NCBI GenBank assembly: GCA_036172245.1
Contig: JAYWIR010000069.1
Coordinates: forward strand, 248,001-312,000
Direction of reading: 5' to 3'
Length of the DNA stretch: 64,000 nt
Source: Raillietiella orientalis
Lineage: Eukaryota
The translations under genes and the position numbers were made by a program. This document shows, in pieces, positions 62,001 to 64,000 of this stretch (position 1 is its first letter; every line of letters starts with the position of its first letter). Below the pieces are notes generated by a model that was given only the letters and a program-made list of their open reading frames with translations, did no database searches and was not told the DNA's origin.

Positions 62001-63234
62001 GAACGGGTTCGGGAGGCACTCCATGGAAGTGTTCGGCACTGGCGGCGAAATGCCGTGAGACGAAAGCGTTCATTTGCTTCAACTTGAGAGTGGGGTGTCG
62101 ACCTGCGATCGTGAGCCGAGAGTCGAAACAGTTTTTTCTCGTCAAAATGCGACGGGTACTGAGCTTTCCGGAACCCTCGAGTACCGAACCACCACTGTAA
62201 AATCAGCTGAGGCAATTGGTGGGAGCAGTTCTTAGCCGCTCTTGAGGAATGCGTTCTCAGCCTACGCACAGAGAGGGAAGAATCGCTCAAAGTAGACTCA
62301 CAGAAGAAGCTGCAGGGGGGAGCACAACAAGAAAAGGTGAACACACACGCACATGCGATGCATCTGAAGCATGCAAACGCGGTTCTCGGGAAACCGAGGA
62401 TCGAAAGAAATTTCCACTTCCCGCCAAGGCGACCGTGAAGGCGAGATCACCCGCCCTGCATCCCACCATCGCCAGCAGGATGTCCTGAGGAACCACTCCC
62501 AGATCGGAAGCCACGGCATCTCTCTTCCCGTCCACTCTGGAGAGAACTGAGTCCAGCGAACTGCCGGTTCGACTCCGAAGATCACGAGATCGCGTCTCTC
62601 GGGGAAACAGTGGACAGTCTGCGATCTGAAGCCGTCGGCTCCACCCTTTCGCTCGTCCGAGCAGCCGCTCTTTCCCGCGCCGCTTTCTGGAAAGTTCAGT
62701 CCCACCATGGAGCGAGGCCACCATCGCGCTTAGCGCCATCTCCACGCAGTGGAACCGATCGCCCCCTCAGGGGTGGGGGTGGGGGCTCAGGAAAATCTTC
62801 AAAACTGCTCACGCTACCCGAGGATGAGCACAGTAACTCTTCAAGTTTGGGGGTACCACCCTATGAATCCGGGAAGGCTCCGGGAGAAGGAATCTCTTTA
62901 TCTCACTCTTGATAGGGAAGCTCCGGAGGAAACTTCTTCCCCATTCTGTTCGGAGGGACCCACCAGAGGGCACCAGGCGTCATTTCTTCCCCAGAGGGAT
63001 CCCCAGGAAAGCATCTGCTCCCTGTTTCCTCCCCCGCAGGGACGCCTCTCATTTTCTCTGGAGACCGCTTCCCCCGAAGGAAGCAGCACGCTTCTTGACG
63101 CGCTCCGGAGAGGAACAACCATACCCGTGGTGCGCGATGGAGGGTCCTCCAGAGGGGGAAAGGACGGCTCCATTTTCACAACCGGAGGAGAGCATCTAAG
63201 GGAACCGGCGCCCCTCCATTCCTGCAACGACCTT

Positions 63235-63279
63235 GGGTCAACTTCCAATCATGGCCAGTCATCGGGGCACCCAGTTTCC
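63235..63279 (-). mobile_element. Fragment of the SINE-like body seen at 12821-12865
   Basis: GGGTCAACTTCCAATCATGGCCAGTCATCGGGGCACCCAG vs GGGTCAACTTCCAATCCCAGCCAGTCATCGAGGCATCCGG. Confidence 0.65.
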
Positions 63280-63282
63280 GCA

Positions 63283-63400
63283 ATGGATCCAAATATAGAT
63301 GGATATTTCCATGTACAGATGGATGGATCCATTTATAGATGAATGGATCTAGGCATAGATGGATGGATCTAGCTAGAGATCGACAGATCTTGACAGATAG
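63283..63400 (+). repeat. Degenerate ~20-bp AGAT/GGAT tandem repeat
   Basis: ATAGATGGATGGATC-type unit repeated about 5-6 times. Confidence 0.8.
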
Positions 63401-64000
63401 GTTAATAAATTGTACGTTAATCAACAGATTGAGTTCTATATTAATGTGTTTACTAGTATATGTGATGAGCTTATGTATTCACTTTCAAGACCTTTCGGGA
63501 TTTTGATCAGGAACTTCTAGCGCGGTCCTCTTTGTGTGAGATTCTGGCACTTTTGATTGGATGTCGCGACTGTCCCCAGCGATGGGATTCACATGGACGG
63601 GTGGGTTACCCACGCGTGACACTTGTCGGTGGCTGCCCATGAGCCCTTTCCAGAGACGGTGAAAGGTGGACTGCGCTGGAAACGCACGGGGTCCGTCCAC
63701 GTTCGTGAGCTCGGAAGGCGATCGGCGAGTCCCTCGAGTGTGCTGAGGCGGAATACCACGTTGCACCCTGGAGCATCCGTTTTCTGGCGACAAGCGAGCG
63801 CCGATAGAAGCAGATCCAGGGCCGTGCGCTTCGGGAGATGTTCCTCAGGAAGCAATTGTTCTCGGTTACCACCCGTGTTTGCTTCTCCCTGTGAACGCGT
63901 GCCTGCTCCAGAAAGTTCATCGTGGCAAGCGCATCCACCCCAACCATGCAACGAAGGCCTGCCTCCCAACACTGACCTGGCAAGTTTAGGTCGGGAGAGT

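Noticed and set aside
56600..63200. Genes in the region downstream of FNBP4
   Set aside because: Only short ORFs without recognisable domains or a consistent exon chain.

Overview
Eukaryotic (animal, protostome, probably arthropod) genomic DNA with spliceosomal introns, many only 45-63 nt long. The first ~41 kb is a GC/CpG-rich, gene-poor landscape around one homeobox gene, Dbx (+, 4 exons, 19285-22460). It contains degenerate minisatellites, a tRNA-headed SINE-like element, diverged repeat pairs and AT-rich enhancer-like patches. A compact gene cluster follows: trunk (noggin-like/PTTH-family ligand, +, 41848-43041) tail-to-tail with UBE2J1 (-, 5 exons, 43512-44636), then an unrecognised spliced minus-strand gene model (49667-51035) head-to-head with an FNBP4-like double-WW gene (+, 51137-56021). 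Most long ORFs in the supplied track are GC-content artefacts. I cannot demonstrate a new biological system from sequence alone. The best leads are the orphan gene at the FNBP4 bidirectional promoter, two repeat pairs that each bracket an enhancer-like core near Dbx, and the possible trunk/UBE2J1 3' overlap. All family assignments are by motif recognition, not database search.
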